DNA of 63,982 nucleotides, counting the filler, from Circinaria calcarea (taxonomy: Eukaryota): assembly GCA_051942165.1 (NCBI GenBank). It is 7 parts of 7 records of this genome, joined end to end, with 100 filler letters (N's around TTAATTAATTAA, not from the genome) between each part and the next. Parts side by side here need not be neighbours in the genome. Positions count along the whole stretch, not along the records: positions 45,988 to 55,060 come from JAVECS010000987.1; positions 55,161 to 63,982 come from JAVECS010001041.1; 5 more parts are not named here. One strand, written 5' to 3'. Shown piece after piece: positions 49,699 to 63,332 of the stretch. The first letter of the stretch is position 1; every line of letters starts with the position of its first letter. The notes beneath the pieces are model-generated. The model did not search any database, was not told where the DNA came from, and worked only from the letters and a program-made list of their open reading frames with translations. The position numbers and the translations under genes were made by a program.

Positions 49699-52028
49699 AA
49701 CGAAGCTCCTTCGTTATGTATATGGAGAGAACGGCAAGAGATAATCGTTATTTGTGTCGATAAACAGTGAGGAGGCAAAATTCGCCGCGGGAGAGGATAA
49801 ATAGGTAGAAGATGGGATGATTTCATATAAAGATAATATGCAAGTACGACTAATCCCTTTCTATTTATTCTAGCAGGTTACACCAGCACTTTGGACTACA
49901 AGCCCAGAATAAATACAAAATGCGGTAATAGCGGCGGGATTACCGAAAGATGCATTGTATTAGCTACACTGCCACCATGCCCTTCACACAAATAGTACTA
50001 TACCAAAGATAGTTATTCGAAGTGAAACTAAATAGGGGTAAGTAGTATGAGCAAATATCTTTGGCTAGTTCACAAATGAGAAATGCCTCGACCGGGCAAA
50101 CACTCCGCTTCAACATAGGCTCGATGTATGGCACGGATGTAAAAATTTCAGAATATATGAGCGCATATAGCTAACCAAGAACAATATACGCATTGAATGC
50201 AATACTAAAACAAGATGCTTAATCAAACGTTGCCCGGAAGTAAGGTGCACCCCCGAAATGAATTACAGCTGCTGATGCTGTGCAGATACTCTTACTTTCG
50301 AGACGCACAGTTGTGGATGCTAGGACCCAGGGCTGATCGAATATTTTGCGGTATAGAATATTAGTCTGCGGAGTTCTTTCCTATTTCACTTACTTGATTA
50401 CAGAATAGCCGATCTGCCCCTCGCTCTAGATGCAAGACCCCTTCAGAAACTGCCAGGTATAAAAGCCAGCTGCGCCGATCCCGAAGGGTCTGATTAATAG
50501 GCCATCAAAGGCACTGTGGTACTGAGGCAAAGTTTGAATTATCAATGGATCATCAACTAAAGTTAGCATACCCCTGTCCCTTAGGAGCGGGAAGGATAGG
50601 AGACTAAGGGTAACGGGCTTTCCTCCAAGATTTATCCGTCCCTATCGTTCTGGATTCTCTACTTTACATCCTATTTGCGTATCTACGTTCCGAAGATCCT
50701 ATAGAAATATGCGGGGAATAGGCAGTCCTTATAGTTCTGAAACTTCGGTTCCCTGATCTTGTCTTCCTGCTCTTATTTCACTTTATCTTTCATTCACGGA
50801 TCGCAGGAGTCTGCTTCAAATTCCTTAGATGGCCGGTGATACTTACGTTCTGGGAGGGATTACGTCTCTGCGATATGGTATTTCCAGCTTGGTGATATTG
50901 ATCTAGCCAAACGGCTCCCTTTCTCTTCCCAACTAGATGAGTTCGATATTTCAGCAGATCAGTTCTCTCCGAAGGAATGGCTACCAAGCACGAAACTAGA
51001 CATTTCGGCGATCCCGCGCGCCGGCAACTTGCAACTCCAATTGGTTGATACTTACACCCAGCCACATGCAGGTTACGTAGCTAGTTCGCAAGGTCCGGGC
51101 AGTCCCGCTGTTGATGATATTGCCGCATAGTAAGCTTTTGGGCTGGATGCTTATCCTTGAGCCGCATTATATCATAAGGCATAAGGTAAAAAGGCAATGC
51201 ATATAATTGCCTCGACTATAATCATGAGGTATGATGTTGCTTTCGGGTAATACATGGTCCATGCTCTATACTCTCCACACTCTATAAAAGCACCTTTTCG
51301 TAGCATGGATGGTTGGGTTCCGCACGAAGGTAGCGATGCCATCATACATATTGCTGCTCAACGATGCAGAAGATAGCTACGCCTTTCTGCTTTTTCCATT
51401 TTACTGGTGCGCATTTACCGATGATGCTGGAAGCTGGATTACCCCTAGCTCATGCATATGTGCAGAGTGAAAGGCTAGAACATGTCTCAGCTTGGCACAG
51501 TCGAATATTCGGTAGGGTGTGACAGCTGCTGATAATGCTCTTTCTCTAGATAGGCGGATATCCCCGGTGGAACTTCCCCATGAATGTTGCACGGTGGAGT
51601 ACGGTCGAGTCATTGGGTCACATTCTCTCTCTTATTTCCAGCCCAACTGGAGCCGGAGTAACTCCCGTTGACTAACCACCAACCTGCGTGATTGCGTCGA
51701 GGCATCCGACATGCATCTCTCGCAGACGTGTCAGCTACTGTAGGGCCTGCATTATTGAGGCATGTCTTTGTGCCCGGTCTAGGCTTTTCATGTCGCTGTC
51801 GTTTGGGGTCTGCTTCGGTAGGATATCGAAACTTGTCGTTTCTTCTCGAATTAAGGGGCTCGGGATGCATTCCTTGGTCAGTGGTAATTCTCGTCTCGTG
51901 CGATTCATCCGCGAAGTCTTTCGAAGATAGAACGACCTTCAGACATTAGGTATCTAAAATAACTGGATAGCTCTATTCTTGCTTCTCTTTTACCTTCCTG
52001 GTGTCAAGTTGACCCAGCATCTGCCGAT

Positions 52029-54085
52029 ATGGAGGACAAAAACCGGCAAGTAGTGTAAGTGTTATGAAAGGAGATGCAGTCAATACTCTACGGCTTATTT
52101 GCTGAAAAGTATATCAGGGTAGGCAACCATGTGGAGGTTGCTGCTAGACATTCTCCGGAAACCCACGTGCTCCCTGCTGAGATGGAACAAACGAGTACCG
52201 CCGAGAAGCAGCTGGAACAAACGGGTACTGCCGAGAAGCAGATACACATTCACTTGACCGGTTGGAGGCTTCATGTTCTTACCATGGCGTGGGCTTCATC
52301 CTGAACCACTTCTTGGGAACTCTTCATATACTTACTCTTGACAGATTATGCCTAAGCCTTTTACTTTCAGCCCTCGAGACTACTATTGTCAGCACGTCGC
52401 TAGTCTCTATCACAAACGGCTTGCATGGGTTTAGCAAAAGTGGCTGGATAGTTACTGCTTATTTGCTGACTTATACTGGTATTCCAAACCCAAGCAATAC
52501 GTTTTTCCATCTCAGAGCTTACTCTGTTTAGGCTTCCTTATTATCTATGCTAAATTTAGTGATACGTTTGGTCGAAAGCCCCTTATACTTATTGCAGTCA
52601 CGATTTTCATTGTGTTTTCTATCGCTTGCGGAGTGGCTAAGTCGATTAGGGAGCTGTAAGTTTCAATTAATGCTGTCCCTTTAGCTCACTCCGCTTACTG
52701 AAAACCAGTGCAACTTTTCGGGCCTTCCAAGGAATTGGTGGCTCTGGCATCTATTCAATGGTTTTGGTAATTTCTGCTGAAATGGTTCCTGTTGAAAAAC
52801 TTTCTGTATATGTCGGAGCAATCTCATCTGTTTTCGCAATAGCGAGTGTGCTTGGTCCAATTTTGGGGGGAGTAATAGTTAACCACACCACTTGGAAGTG
52901 GGTTTTTCTTCTAAACGGCCCTGTAGGGGCCTTGGCACTCATCCTTTTGGTTTTGACAATACCGGCAAACTTCCCGTTTCCTAGCTCCACAAAAGCCAGC
53001 AATACCAAAGAGCTTCTTTCCAGACAATCGCTTCGACGACTGGATATTTTCGGCGCATTTCTTCTTCTTGCAGCTTCAACCCTCTTGATATTTGCACTAC
53101 AGGAGGCTGGAACAACGTATGCATGGCGCGACCCATCTGTCCTACTACCTTTGATAATCTCTGGATTGCTCTGGGTTGCTTTTCTTGCGTGGGAAAGATG
53201 GATAGGAAGGCAGGTCATTAGCGCGCGAGAGCCCGTTTTCCCTTGGCGACTCGTCCGGAATAGGATCTTCATGGGCATGATGTTGTAAGCTACTTGCTCT
53301 TTTCTTCGAACCCAGCATTGTACCATTCAGAGCATCATACTGATCGGAAGGATAGGAATGCCTTTTTCACCGGTTTTCCATTCTATGTCTCCATCATCAA
53401 CCTTCCACAACGATTTCAGGCTGTCGATGGAACCTCACCTACCGGAGCTGGACTGCGTTTGCTTGCACTCCTCCTCTGCACTCCGTTGGCGTCCTGTCTG
53501 TCGGGTGTCATGAACAAAAAACTGGGCATCTCGCACACTAATCTCCTCATCCTGGCTGGGGTACTTCAGACAATCGGTGTGGCCTTGATGAGCACTGTGC
53601 CACCATCCCAACACGCCGTTCGACCGACTGAATACGTTTTTGAGGCTCTCATGGGACTAGGATTTGGATTTAGTTTGAGTACACTATTGCTGATGACACC
53701 TCATGTGGTAAAGAGCAAGGATATAGGCGAGTACCGCTTTCCTCGGAGCCCCCGGTATCAAGTTATTGACTTTTCAGCAGCGGTAGCCAACGGAGCTATC
53801 ACCCAAATCCGCGTCCTCGGCGGCATCATCGGCTTGTCAACCTGCTCCACCGTCCTGATCAGCCGGATCAAATCCGGGCTGGCAACGACTCTCTCCTCCG
53901 GACAGCTGACGAATCTCCTGCAATCGACCCAAACCATCAAGGCACTCCCTCCCCACCTTCAGGACAGCGTCAAGTCGATGTACGCGAGTGCCTACGCCGA
54001 ACAAATGAGAATCATGATCGGTCTCAGCGCTGCTGTCGTTGTGGCGTCGCTGATGACCTGGGAAAAGAAGACGGGAACGGTCTGA
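52029..54085 (+). CDS. MFS multidrug efflux transporter (DHA2, 14-TMS)
   Basis: LSALETTIVSTSL, W...AYLLTY, FSDTFGRK, FRAFQGIGGSG, GPILGG...WKWVFLLNGP, LPQRFQAV. Confidence 0.9.
52181..52242 (+). repeat. In-frame 30-bp tandem duplication in the MFS N-terminus
   Basis: Encodes MEQTSTAEKQ / LEQTGTAEKQ. Confidence 0.85.
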
Positions 54086-54550
54086 TTGCGGTGGATCTTG
54101 TGCTTACACGCATGCGGATCATTGCATGAGGATTCAGCCAGCTGGCGGTATTTCCTCCTGGTACAGCCGAGTTGACGTATGGACCAGTTATTGCAACGGC
54201 GGGTAACGCTACTTCTTTCTCCCTCGCCACAGGACCGAGTCTGTACTCTAGCAAGAGGAATGAAAATCTATTACAGAGTATATGGAAGGGTTTTGCGGCG
54301 AAAGGGGGACTTTCCCTGTTCCGTTGGTCACCACGACTCTAGATTCTCGATTCTCGTACTTGTGATCCGAGCTTTTACACCTGAGGGAATGAGAGATGGT
54401 AAGTGAGTAACTAGATGTGTAGGATAGGGAGCAATAAGTGTATCAATGCGTGATTCTATTTAATCAAGCCACCGGCAAGCTATCATGGTAAATGTTACAT
54501 GACCATTTCCCCAATGCCATACAATAGCTCTCTGTCAACTTTTCCCGATT

Positions 54551-55060
54551 TTACCTCAAGACAGGGTCAATCATCATCTCATCCCCATCTGCTCCACGGT
54601 CACCGGTGATGAGCCGCTGCATCTCCATTTCATCCTTGTCCCATTCGTCTCCCATATTCATGTCATACCCCCCGCCGCCACCACCAACCCAGAATTGTCC
54701 TCCCCGGGCTGCAGCCTCTTCAATATCCTCAACCAAATCCCTGTGTGCATTATCCATCATATCTCGCTCGGTTATAAAGTTGGCGAATTGAGCATCCAAA
54801 GCGTTATCCGCTTCAATCTCAATGGCATTGCTTCGATCGGTGGCGATTTCGTACCCGTAAATGCTAGGCTCGGTTCCATCGCGCGCACCACGGAGGAGCT
54901 GGACTTCAAAGTCGGCGAGGCCGTGCTTACTCTGAAGATGGATGTCGAGGTCGTATTCGCGGATGAAGCGAAAGTTGCAACCTGTTTGCAGACATGGGAT
55001 AGGACGCTCGTCATAAGCTGATCCTATCAGACGTGAAATTGTAGACGAGTTCTTCTTCTT
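54551..55060 (-). CDS. C2H2 zinc-finger protein C-terminus, probably TFIIIA; 5' truncated
   Basis: Frame is open from the contig end: KKKNSSTISRLIGSAYDERPIPCLQTGCNFRFIREYDLDIHLQSKH (C-x4-C...H-x4-H) then an acidic tail; resembles the isolated last finger of fungal TFIIIA. Confidence 0.6.
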   Translation of the reverse strand, partial: KKKNSSTISRLIGSAYDERPIPCLQTGCNFRFIREYDLDIHLQSKHGLADFEVQLLRGARDGTEPSIYGYEIATDRSNAIEIEADNALDAQFANFITERDMMDNAHRDLVEDIEEAAARGGQFWVGGGGGGYDMNMGDEWDKDEMEMQRLITGDRGADGDEMMIDPVLR

Positions 55061-55160
55061 NNNNNNNNNNNNNNNNNNNNNNNNNNNNNNNNNNNNNNNN
55101 NNNNTTAATTAATTAANNNNNNNNNNNNNNNNNNNNNNNNNNNNNNNNNNNNNNNNNNNN
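55061..55160. other. Artificial contig linker
   Basis: Same structure. Confidence 0.98.
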
Positions 55161-56476
55161 ATTACCATGAACAAGCGCATGGGGCAACTCGAGTTTTCTG
55201 ACCAAGCTTGAGGCAGCTTGAAAGTGCTGGTGCCATGGGATATCGGGCAAGCAATCTTCTGGACCTCCCACAGAACATTGGAAGAATATCATCCCGAGAG
55301 TGGCCTCAAGAATTTGAAGGTGGTCGGTATCGCGGTTCAATGCCTCGCAGAGTTCGGCGATTGTTGCATAACGATGTCGCATAATGTCACTGTCGATTTG
55401 TTCGCCACGAATACTTTGCGTGGATTTAAGATGGATAGCAGCTATGCTTAGACAGCAATGTAGATAGCACTTATTAGACTCTAGGGCAGGTAGGATCACC
55501 TCCGTTCTGGCGGAGCCATGTTGATTGACTTCGAGGATAGGAAAGATAAGCCTCAGGACGTTGTCGACAAAGTGATCCAGCAGCGGCCTGTCCGAGTCCT
55601 CAACTTGGATTACCGCTTGCTGTGCATCATGGGATGGGCCGTGAGAGAAATCGAAGAAGTTGAAATTCAGTCCCTCCTCACCACCACTGAACATATCCCC
55701 GTGGCCTTCGTAGTTCTCGTCCTGCATCCAAGTTTCTTCAGGCAAAGATGGTAGATGACCATGTGTTGGAGGCGGCTGGAATGTGCTGAAGGTTGATATT
55801 GACGAATCGTGTCTGGTCGGGATATCGTTTACGTACATCTGTCTTTCGGTCTTGATATCGACCTCGTACGGAGTCGCGAGGTATGGCTGATAGTGTGAGT
55901 GCGACTCGAACTGCGGAGTGAAGACTTGGGGTTGGTAGAGGTCAAAATGTTCGTGCACTTGTGGGTTCTGAATTTCGAATTCGAGGGAGTATTGAGAGTC
56001 GACTGATACCGCTCGAGTGCGAGCTGTGACGTCTGAGTAGGTCGCCGAGGTCGGTAGCGAATGTGATAGCCCTGGGGGAGATTCTCCACCTGCCGACCTA
56101 GTCTGGGTTGTTTTCTCGGATATCTTTGTTCGCTTTATGATGTTCTTGATTGTTTCCTTTTGGTTCTTGCGCTGCTCGTTGTTGCTCCACCACAATGGCC
56201 TTTTGTATTCGCATTTGAGCCCCAAATGTTTACAAGCCTTGCAATGAGGTTTTCCTTCGTCACATTTCTTCCTTCGCAGCCGGCACGTGAAACAACCTGA
56301 CCATTGACATTAGTTATCGAGCTTCCCGAGTATCTGAGAGACTGCTAACCTGAACGAGATCTTTTATGCATCTTGGTACTGGTACTTGTACCGGTACCGC
56401 TGGACTTAGGTGGTGACGATCTAGGTGCTACCATCGTTGCGGGCTTGCCGGCTTGCCCAGTCGACTTGTTTGACAT
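55161..56476 (-). CDS. pro1: Zn(II)2Cys6 developmental transcription factor Pro1/NosA/ADV-1 family, 3' truncated
   Basis: MHKRSRSG|CFTCRLRRKKCDEGKPHCKACKHLGLKCEYKRP, PYEVDIKTERQM, ESNKCYLHCCLS, LPDIPWHQHF. Confidence 0.9.
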
Positions 56477-59400
56477 GGAGGCGGTTTGGCTGTCAATGAT
56501 TCAATTAAAGCAAGTTATTGAGATCGATGCGACTATGTCTGATGGTTCGAGGCAGCCGCGACAAGAGACGTTTACTTGCAATGAAAGCAGATTGTTGTTG
56601 GATTAAGTGAGAGTAGATCAAAGCCCGACCAGCTGGCTTAGATGTTGAAATGATAAATGAATCGCAATGTACAAGTAAGGCTGCTGTGGTGAAGCTTGAC
56701 ATTCATCGTCTGGGCATGGCGACTTATATGTCACTAATATTGACATTGTCCTGGTGCAGACCCTCTCCCAAATTTAGAAACTCAAAATAGCACAAATCAA
56801 AGTTTAAACAGACATATAGGCAGCTAACCTGATCCCAATGGGGTGCGAAGACGATTCGCAGCTAATGACTGGGGTTAAGCAGTTGATTCTTCCACAGTTG
56901 GGCTGGGGCACCAACGATTCCAGGGATTCAAAGATGCTCGTCCACTCAGATTCCCCATAGCCTTTGCGAGCCGCCCTGCAATGCAGCCCATGCCACCATC
57001 GGCACGCAAGGTACAGCTACCCCGGCAGTTCTAAAAAAGCTCCAGATTCTGGTAGGATCTTCTTCCCCTGTTTATCGTTCTTGCAGCTTGCAGCATTTCA
57101 CGGAAAGGAGACAGGGGCTGGGCGATGGCGGAAAACGGCTGCTGAGTGCAGTAGTCTGGTCGAATCCCTGAAGGACAAGTGTACCCGAACCTGACACGAT
57201 TGTTGAAGCTTCAACAACCCTAATCGAAGCTTCCCGCTCTACTGCGTACAACGCGAAGCTGCTGAGCAAGCGTTATTGGGATTGGACTGATCCCCGTGGG
57301 TGACTTGCTGGTACTTCCAGTCAGAAGACTGATTCCCTTCGGACTCAGCACAATATTGTACCGGCCCCAGTCGTGCGTAGTTGGTTCTGGTGCGCCAAAA
57401 TGGTATCCTGGCCAACAGCAGTCCGATCATGGCACGGCAAGCACCAAAAGCATGATCGTGCCAGGACGTCGAACTATCATTCCTAGCACCCGGGCAGCAC
57501 TTACTCCGTATTCCCCACTTCCGATCCTAATTTCGCTCCACTCGAGCGTCCCAACAGCCATTTAGAGACGGTCGACATGGGTAAAGTCGAGTGGCAGCCA
57601 TGAGCGACCTATCAGGCTGTGATCCCGTGCGTCTTCATGTATTGAAGCTGCAAAGCACAGCAGGGATGAGAATGACCAGCCCGGATCGCCTCCTGGAAGC
57701 CCTCGACGGCAACTGGTCGTGGAGTAAAGGTGTCTTCTCTGGTAGATAATTTAGCGCTGCTGCAGCGGGATAGCGGGCACCTTTTGTCGATTTGGTTGGA
57801 TGGTGAGCTTCGTTCCCCGAACGCCCCCAGCACCTACCACCAGTAGCTTATCGCTGTCGATGGGCCAATCCGACTTGGTGGACTGGGGTCTGTCATGCAT
57901 GCAGCCGTGGAGAACGGACGACGGATTGGATGTGATGGATGGGAATTGCATGCAGCGGGAAATTCCGACCGAGGGAGCTAAGTCTCCAACCTCTCCAAAT
58001 TAGCCGGCTTTACGCGCCATGGCTAACTTTATATAGATGGTATTATGCCTCATTCTTGAGTATGATTGATACTTAATATAGAATCAAACCGTCTCAAAGG
58101 GACTTGTCGCAGTCCTAAACGAGGATTAATCGCAAACCAACCTTTTGATCTATCCGCTTTGGCCCTAGCCACAGCTAAGGTAACAGCAATTTCCTTTGCC
58201 CTGTTCGAGTACGACTATATCTATACACATAATAAGCTAGATTCGGCTTAGCTTCAGATGCGGTTGTCCGCTATCGATGTTCCTTTTCTCTCCTTGCTTG
58301 GATCCAGACTCGAGAACGCCAGGCGGGGTATTCGCTGCCAAGTCACAACGGCTGGCAGCATCTCAGTGACATCCACTTGTCTAAGATAGAATGACGGCGA
58401 TCGCTTGCCCTGCGGAATAGTCTCCATGATGGTAGAAAGAGGTAAAGATTGGCAGAGAGAATGTGATTCATCCTTACTTCCAGCGTTGGTTTTTCCCACG
58501 CTCTTGTGATGTGTTCAACCCTTTGCCCGCTGTTAAGCGAAAGCCATGTGACCGGTGCGCAAAAGACCGGAGTCACGCTGCATGGAAATTGTGGCTATCT
58601 GAAAGCTACAACTCGCCCGAGAGGATTCCGGTGTCGCATCCGCATCCATACGGAGGGCAGCTCCCGAGGATCAGATCGCACAGGCCCACTTTGGAAGTCC
58701 CGTCGTCACTTGACTTGATGGAGCAAGTAGCGGAGTCCTCAAATCACTCACCGCTCTGGTGACATGGCTCGTAGCCAATACATCGACGTCAATACCAATC
58801 CAACTTTCAGCTTCCGCACACTTCAACGCTTAGGAGACTAAGAAGCTCCGGCTCGTCAACGATGAAGTCGATGATCCTGAGTAGTAGCACCTGATCCTCA
58901 TTGACCAGTCGAGGTCTGTTGTACTCATTAGTAGCATCTGTAGGCCCGCCCAGATGAGATGGATAGAGGTCAGAAAGCGGGCAGGATGGGCCGAGCACTC
59001 CAGAACGCCACGCTGAAAATTCTTTCCGCATATGCTCATGAGACAGACTCTCTGCAGCCGAAGAAGACAACGCATCTTCGCCCACGAGGAGCATGACGAC
59101 CACGGTGGTGGGTCGTTGCGAATAAGAGCCAAAAACGTGGGCGAGTAACCAGAAGCTATGAAGGAGGCAAGGGAGGCCGGTGAACAGAAACTGTGGACTG
59201 CTTATCGATGCCACATGTGCATAATCTAAGCCCTTGAAAGCGGAAAGTCGCAGCAACATCTCAATGGAAAGATTGGGACTCGATGCAAAAATGGTACGTA
59301 GCTGGTGGGTACCTACCTGATGGTACATGTAAAGCTGCATGAACAGCACCCCTTCCGGGCCTCTCTACAGGACAATCCCTGGGTACAATATGCGATGCAC

Positions 59401-60287
59401 GTGCCGACATAGAAGGGATAAGAGATGGCGCATCTCTGTAGGAAGGTATAGGTAGTCGGTGAATACGAACGGGATGCTCCGTACGGAAGTCGTTGTCGCA
59501 GCTCGAAAGGCCATGCTCCATCTATAACCGTGGGACCGATAGTTGGCCTCTATGCTGAAGCTCGTCCGTTATCATAGCCATCTACCTGCTACATGCACGT
59601 CCGTGGCTCTGATGGTAACAATCGTTAGGTATCCGTCCTCGGTATTTCGAGCGTGCAGTCGTTTCCGTCTCTTCCTCAGATTCGGGAGTCGGGATGGCTG
59701 GTCCTGGAGCGTGGAAGGTGGAGCGTTGATCTGATTTGCCCAACCAGCCTGGCCGAGGGAAGCTCCGTCCTCGTATTCTTCTGGACGAGGCGTTCCCTCG
59801 GCGGCTACACGTTTGAAAAGTCCAGATCTCGCGACGGATTGGCCGTCGCCATGCAAGCTACTGCTGCACTCAGGGACTCGAGGCACAGAATAGCCCGGCA
59901 TGGCACGAAGCCAATCTCCTTAGCCGGCGAAGCTTCAACCAACGTGAAGCAAGTCCCGGCAGGGCCTCAATTCACCCCAAGTGATTGTCACAATGCTCAA
60001 CCCACGACCCAAGTGCATTCGCCCATGCTATGCGCTCAATTTCCAAACTAAATCCCCTTCCTTTCTCCCCTCCCATGCACGGCCGAGACGGAATTGTGAG
60101 AGAAGTTTTATACATAAGTATAGAAGTGCCCAGACGACCTCTCTTTCGACCCTTTCTCGTCGGGCCCGCCTTATCGTTGACCATGCTTGATGCTTTATTG
60201 CTTGCATAGATTCTAATTCCGTCGCAACACCTGGTCGTATGCGTGTCGACTGTGCTTTTCTATTCCTGTCTTTTCCTACTCAGGTCG

Positions 60288-62634
60288 ATGTTGGCCATGG
60301 TAAGTGTGGCTGAGAAAGCCGTTGCCATGGAGAATCAACAAGGCTGATCGAATATACAGGCATACACACAATCCTATTTACGCCAGCCTCGCGGCACAAA
60401 ATTGCAAAAGGGCTATATGCCCCTCGCATCCGCCCAGGGAACATTGCTGCTGCCAATTCACCCCCAAGCCAACGAGATGTACGATACAGAATTCGAAGAG
60501 GATCTGAGCGATGTTGAGGATTACTCCGGACGGAGAAGTGAAGACTCGGTTAGCATCTCCGCATTGGCTCCTTCACAACAGCTAGATGGCTAACTCAGTG
60601 CAGTCCGGGAAACATAGTGATACCACCATCTCTTCCTTTGACGAGTTGAGAACACCAAATGAGCATTCGCTCGGCTTCAATTTTCAATTGCCTGATCATT
60701 CAACCGACCCGTCTGCATGCAAGAAGTCGGTCGAAGGTCCTGTGGGGCCACATCTCTTCCGTATGTCCCAGGGGTCGGCGCAGGACGTCGACTTCTACCT
60801 CTCCATGTCCCCACCAATGTCACCCGTGGATGCGAGGGCTAGTCCCGTATATTCAGAAGAACGGATGGGTCTTGCCTACAACCCAGTACAAGCACCTAGA
60901 AGTGGAGCACCGCTGCATACTTGGACACCCAGGCACGTTGCTGACTGGATGCATACTTCTGGCTTCGAGCAAACCTTAATCGAACACTTTCTCGTAAATG
61001 ACATTTCCGGCAACACACTGATAGATCTTCAATACGAGGATCTAAAGGAATTGGGTATAACGTCTTTCGGCCAACGACATCGCCTATGGAATGAGATTCG
61101 AAGTCTAAAGGAGAGAAAATTGAGCATCGTACCTTCACCTCCTATCGAGGGTCACTGCCACTCACCTAAAGCTATCAGGAGAGATGTTCCTGAACAGTCT
61201 GTAAGGAAATGCTCAAGCCCTGCTACTCCTGAAGGCGAGCAGCAGCTTTCACCTACGGCAGGCCAACGCTATGCTCGTAGAGCTCGCAGATCGGACGATA
61301 TAATATCGCCAGCCGAGTCTGCGTCGATTGTAGCAATCGAACAGCTCTTACCAAAGCCGCACAAATGCCCCAAGGGCGAGAACTGCTCGAAATGGCAGAA
61401 ACAACAGCGAAAGCTAGCTGTATTAGCAACAGAATTCCCTCTCGAATTACAGCAGATCAGCGATGCAAAAGCTTCACCAACAGATTCAGGGGTTGGACCG
61501 AATTCAGTCGTGGGTCCCTCACTTGTTGCCTCTTCTGATTTGCTCGGCCCCGCCCATTATCCACCCGTGCGCCTTGAAGAAGACGCCCTTCGAGTGGTTC
61601 AGTCACGCGATCCCCAGGAGAACGTGCGTCAATTCCTCAGCTTCCAGCATATGAATCGCCGAGAGCCCGAAGAGCCGACTACACCGCCATATGAGATGTT
61701 TCCACCGCTGTCGCCACCTAGCACCCAGGCACCGCACAGCAATCTAAGAAGCCTTCCTAGGTTAACAATCCCAGCTGCGCCAACTTCCGACCCGTTTTCG
61801 CCAGGCCTTACTGCAAGGCCACCTGTACGAGGCACCCCAGTCACAGCAATGGAAGTCGGAAACCGGCATACCCCCCATGACATCTACAGGTTAGCTAGCC
61901 CAGCATCAGAGATGGATGTTCCTGTCACCGCGATCCCTATGGGGCCAATTGAACGCGACGTCTCCTCGTCCGTTCCACCAGACATGCGATTCGGCGCCTC
62001 GAGTTTATTATCACGATCCGGCTCTCGAGGCGAGCATCGACGAGCTCAGCTAAATTTCGCCGTACCGGCCCCTATCATGCGATCTAATTCGCATGCAGGC
62101 CATCATCGATTGCCTAGCATGGGCATGCAGCGCGTAGAGGAAACCCGTGTCCTTACTCCGATTGACGCATCTGACGAGTTGACTCCGACCGCTACCGAGG
62201 TCCACCATGCCGGCTGGATGAAGAAGCGCAAGACCAAGATGCTCCGCCACGAATGGCAGGAAAACCATTTCCGGCTCAACGGAACACGTCTCGCCATGCA
62301 CAGGGACAATAAAACCAAGGATGCAATGGAGTTGATTGACGTCGACGACTATGCCGTTGCTTGCTCGTCATTGAACTCGAGTAAGATCAACGCAGCATTC
62401 AAATCTCTCAAGTTGAGCGGAAAGAAGAAGGACGGTGATGCGGCGGCTTTTGCATTCCAACTCGTGCCTACTGCAGACAAAGGTATCTTGAGCGCCGTCA
62501 CCGGAAAGACTCATCACTTTGCGGTCAAGACTGGCAGCGAAAGGGTCGATTGGATGCGGGAGCTGCTGATGGCCAAGGCACTCAAGCAGAAGGGCGAGGG
62601 TTACCAGGTCAATGTGAATGGCAATGTGATTTAG
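60288..62634 (+). CDS. SAM- and PH-domain polarity protein (Boi1/Pob1-like)
   Basis: SAM domain (WTPRHVADW...LKELGITSFGQR) and PH domain (HAGWMKKRK...HHFAVK...DWMREL); in-frame upstream exons via introns 60300-60359 and about 60549-60603. Confidence 0.85.
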
Positions 62635-63332
62635 TGTCTTCCTGTTATCTTTGCTGACTACCGGCGTCGTCAATCTGCGAGGGAATTCTGCATACAAAAG
62701 AAGGAGGATTTTTGCATAGCGTTTTGGCAATTGGGTATCGATTCACACTCTCTCACCTTGTTCATAGCAGCATCATGATACCCACGGTAACTATATAGGT
62801 AGTTTGATCATCAGTGTATATGTTTGGATCCTCTTATCACTCAGGATATAGTTTGATCTCGCAGTGAAAGGCTATAGTATTACCGCGATACTCTGTAGCC
62901 CGACGCGCACATCGCTGCTGGGACGGCGCATAGTGATTTTGAAAGGCCCCCTGTGCCTTCTATGTACAAGTCGCCTACCCTAAGCATTTTAGGGTCTCAT
63001 TCATCTACAGACTATCATGAAGACTTGACTTACGTATGGTATATGCTCGATGCTCCCCTCGTCCAACCTATAACAGTATGGTACTCCGGATGTCACTGCA
63101 CATAATTTGGGTGTTCCACCTCACTTAGGCGAGGCCTTTCTTTTTCACAGATCTTGGCAATCTCTTACCTCGTTCGATTGGTGCTCAAACAGCAAGGCTC
63201 TCGCCACCTACCTGAAGATAGCCTTGTACATCATGGGTTTCTACGTTGACGCCGAAGACTACCCCGGAGTCAGGGTATACGGGTATTTGAAGCTTGATTT
63301 AAATTCCCAGAAACCCTTTGAAGTGCAATATC

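Noticed and set aside
58807..59349. 180-aa minus-strand ORF
   Set aside because: Non-ATG start, no domain or splice support
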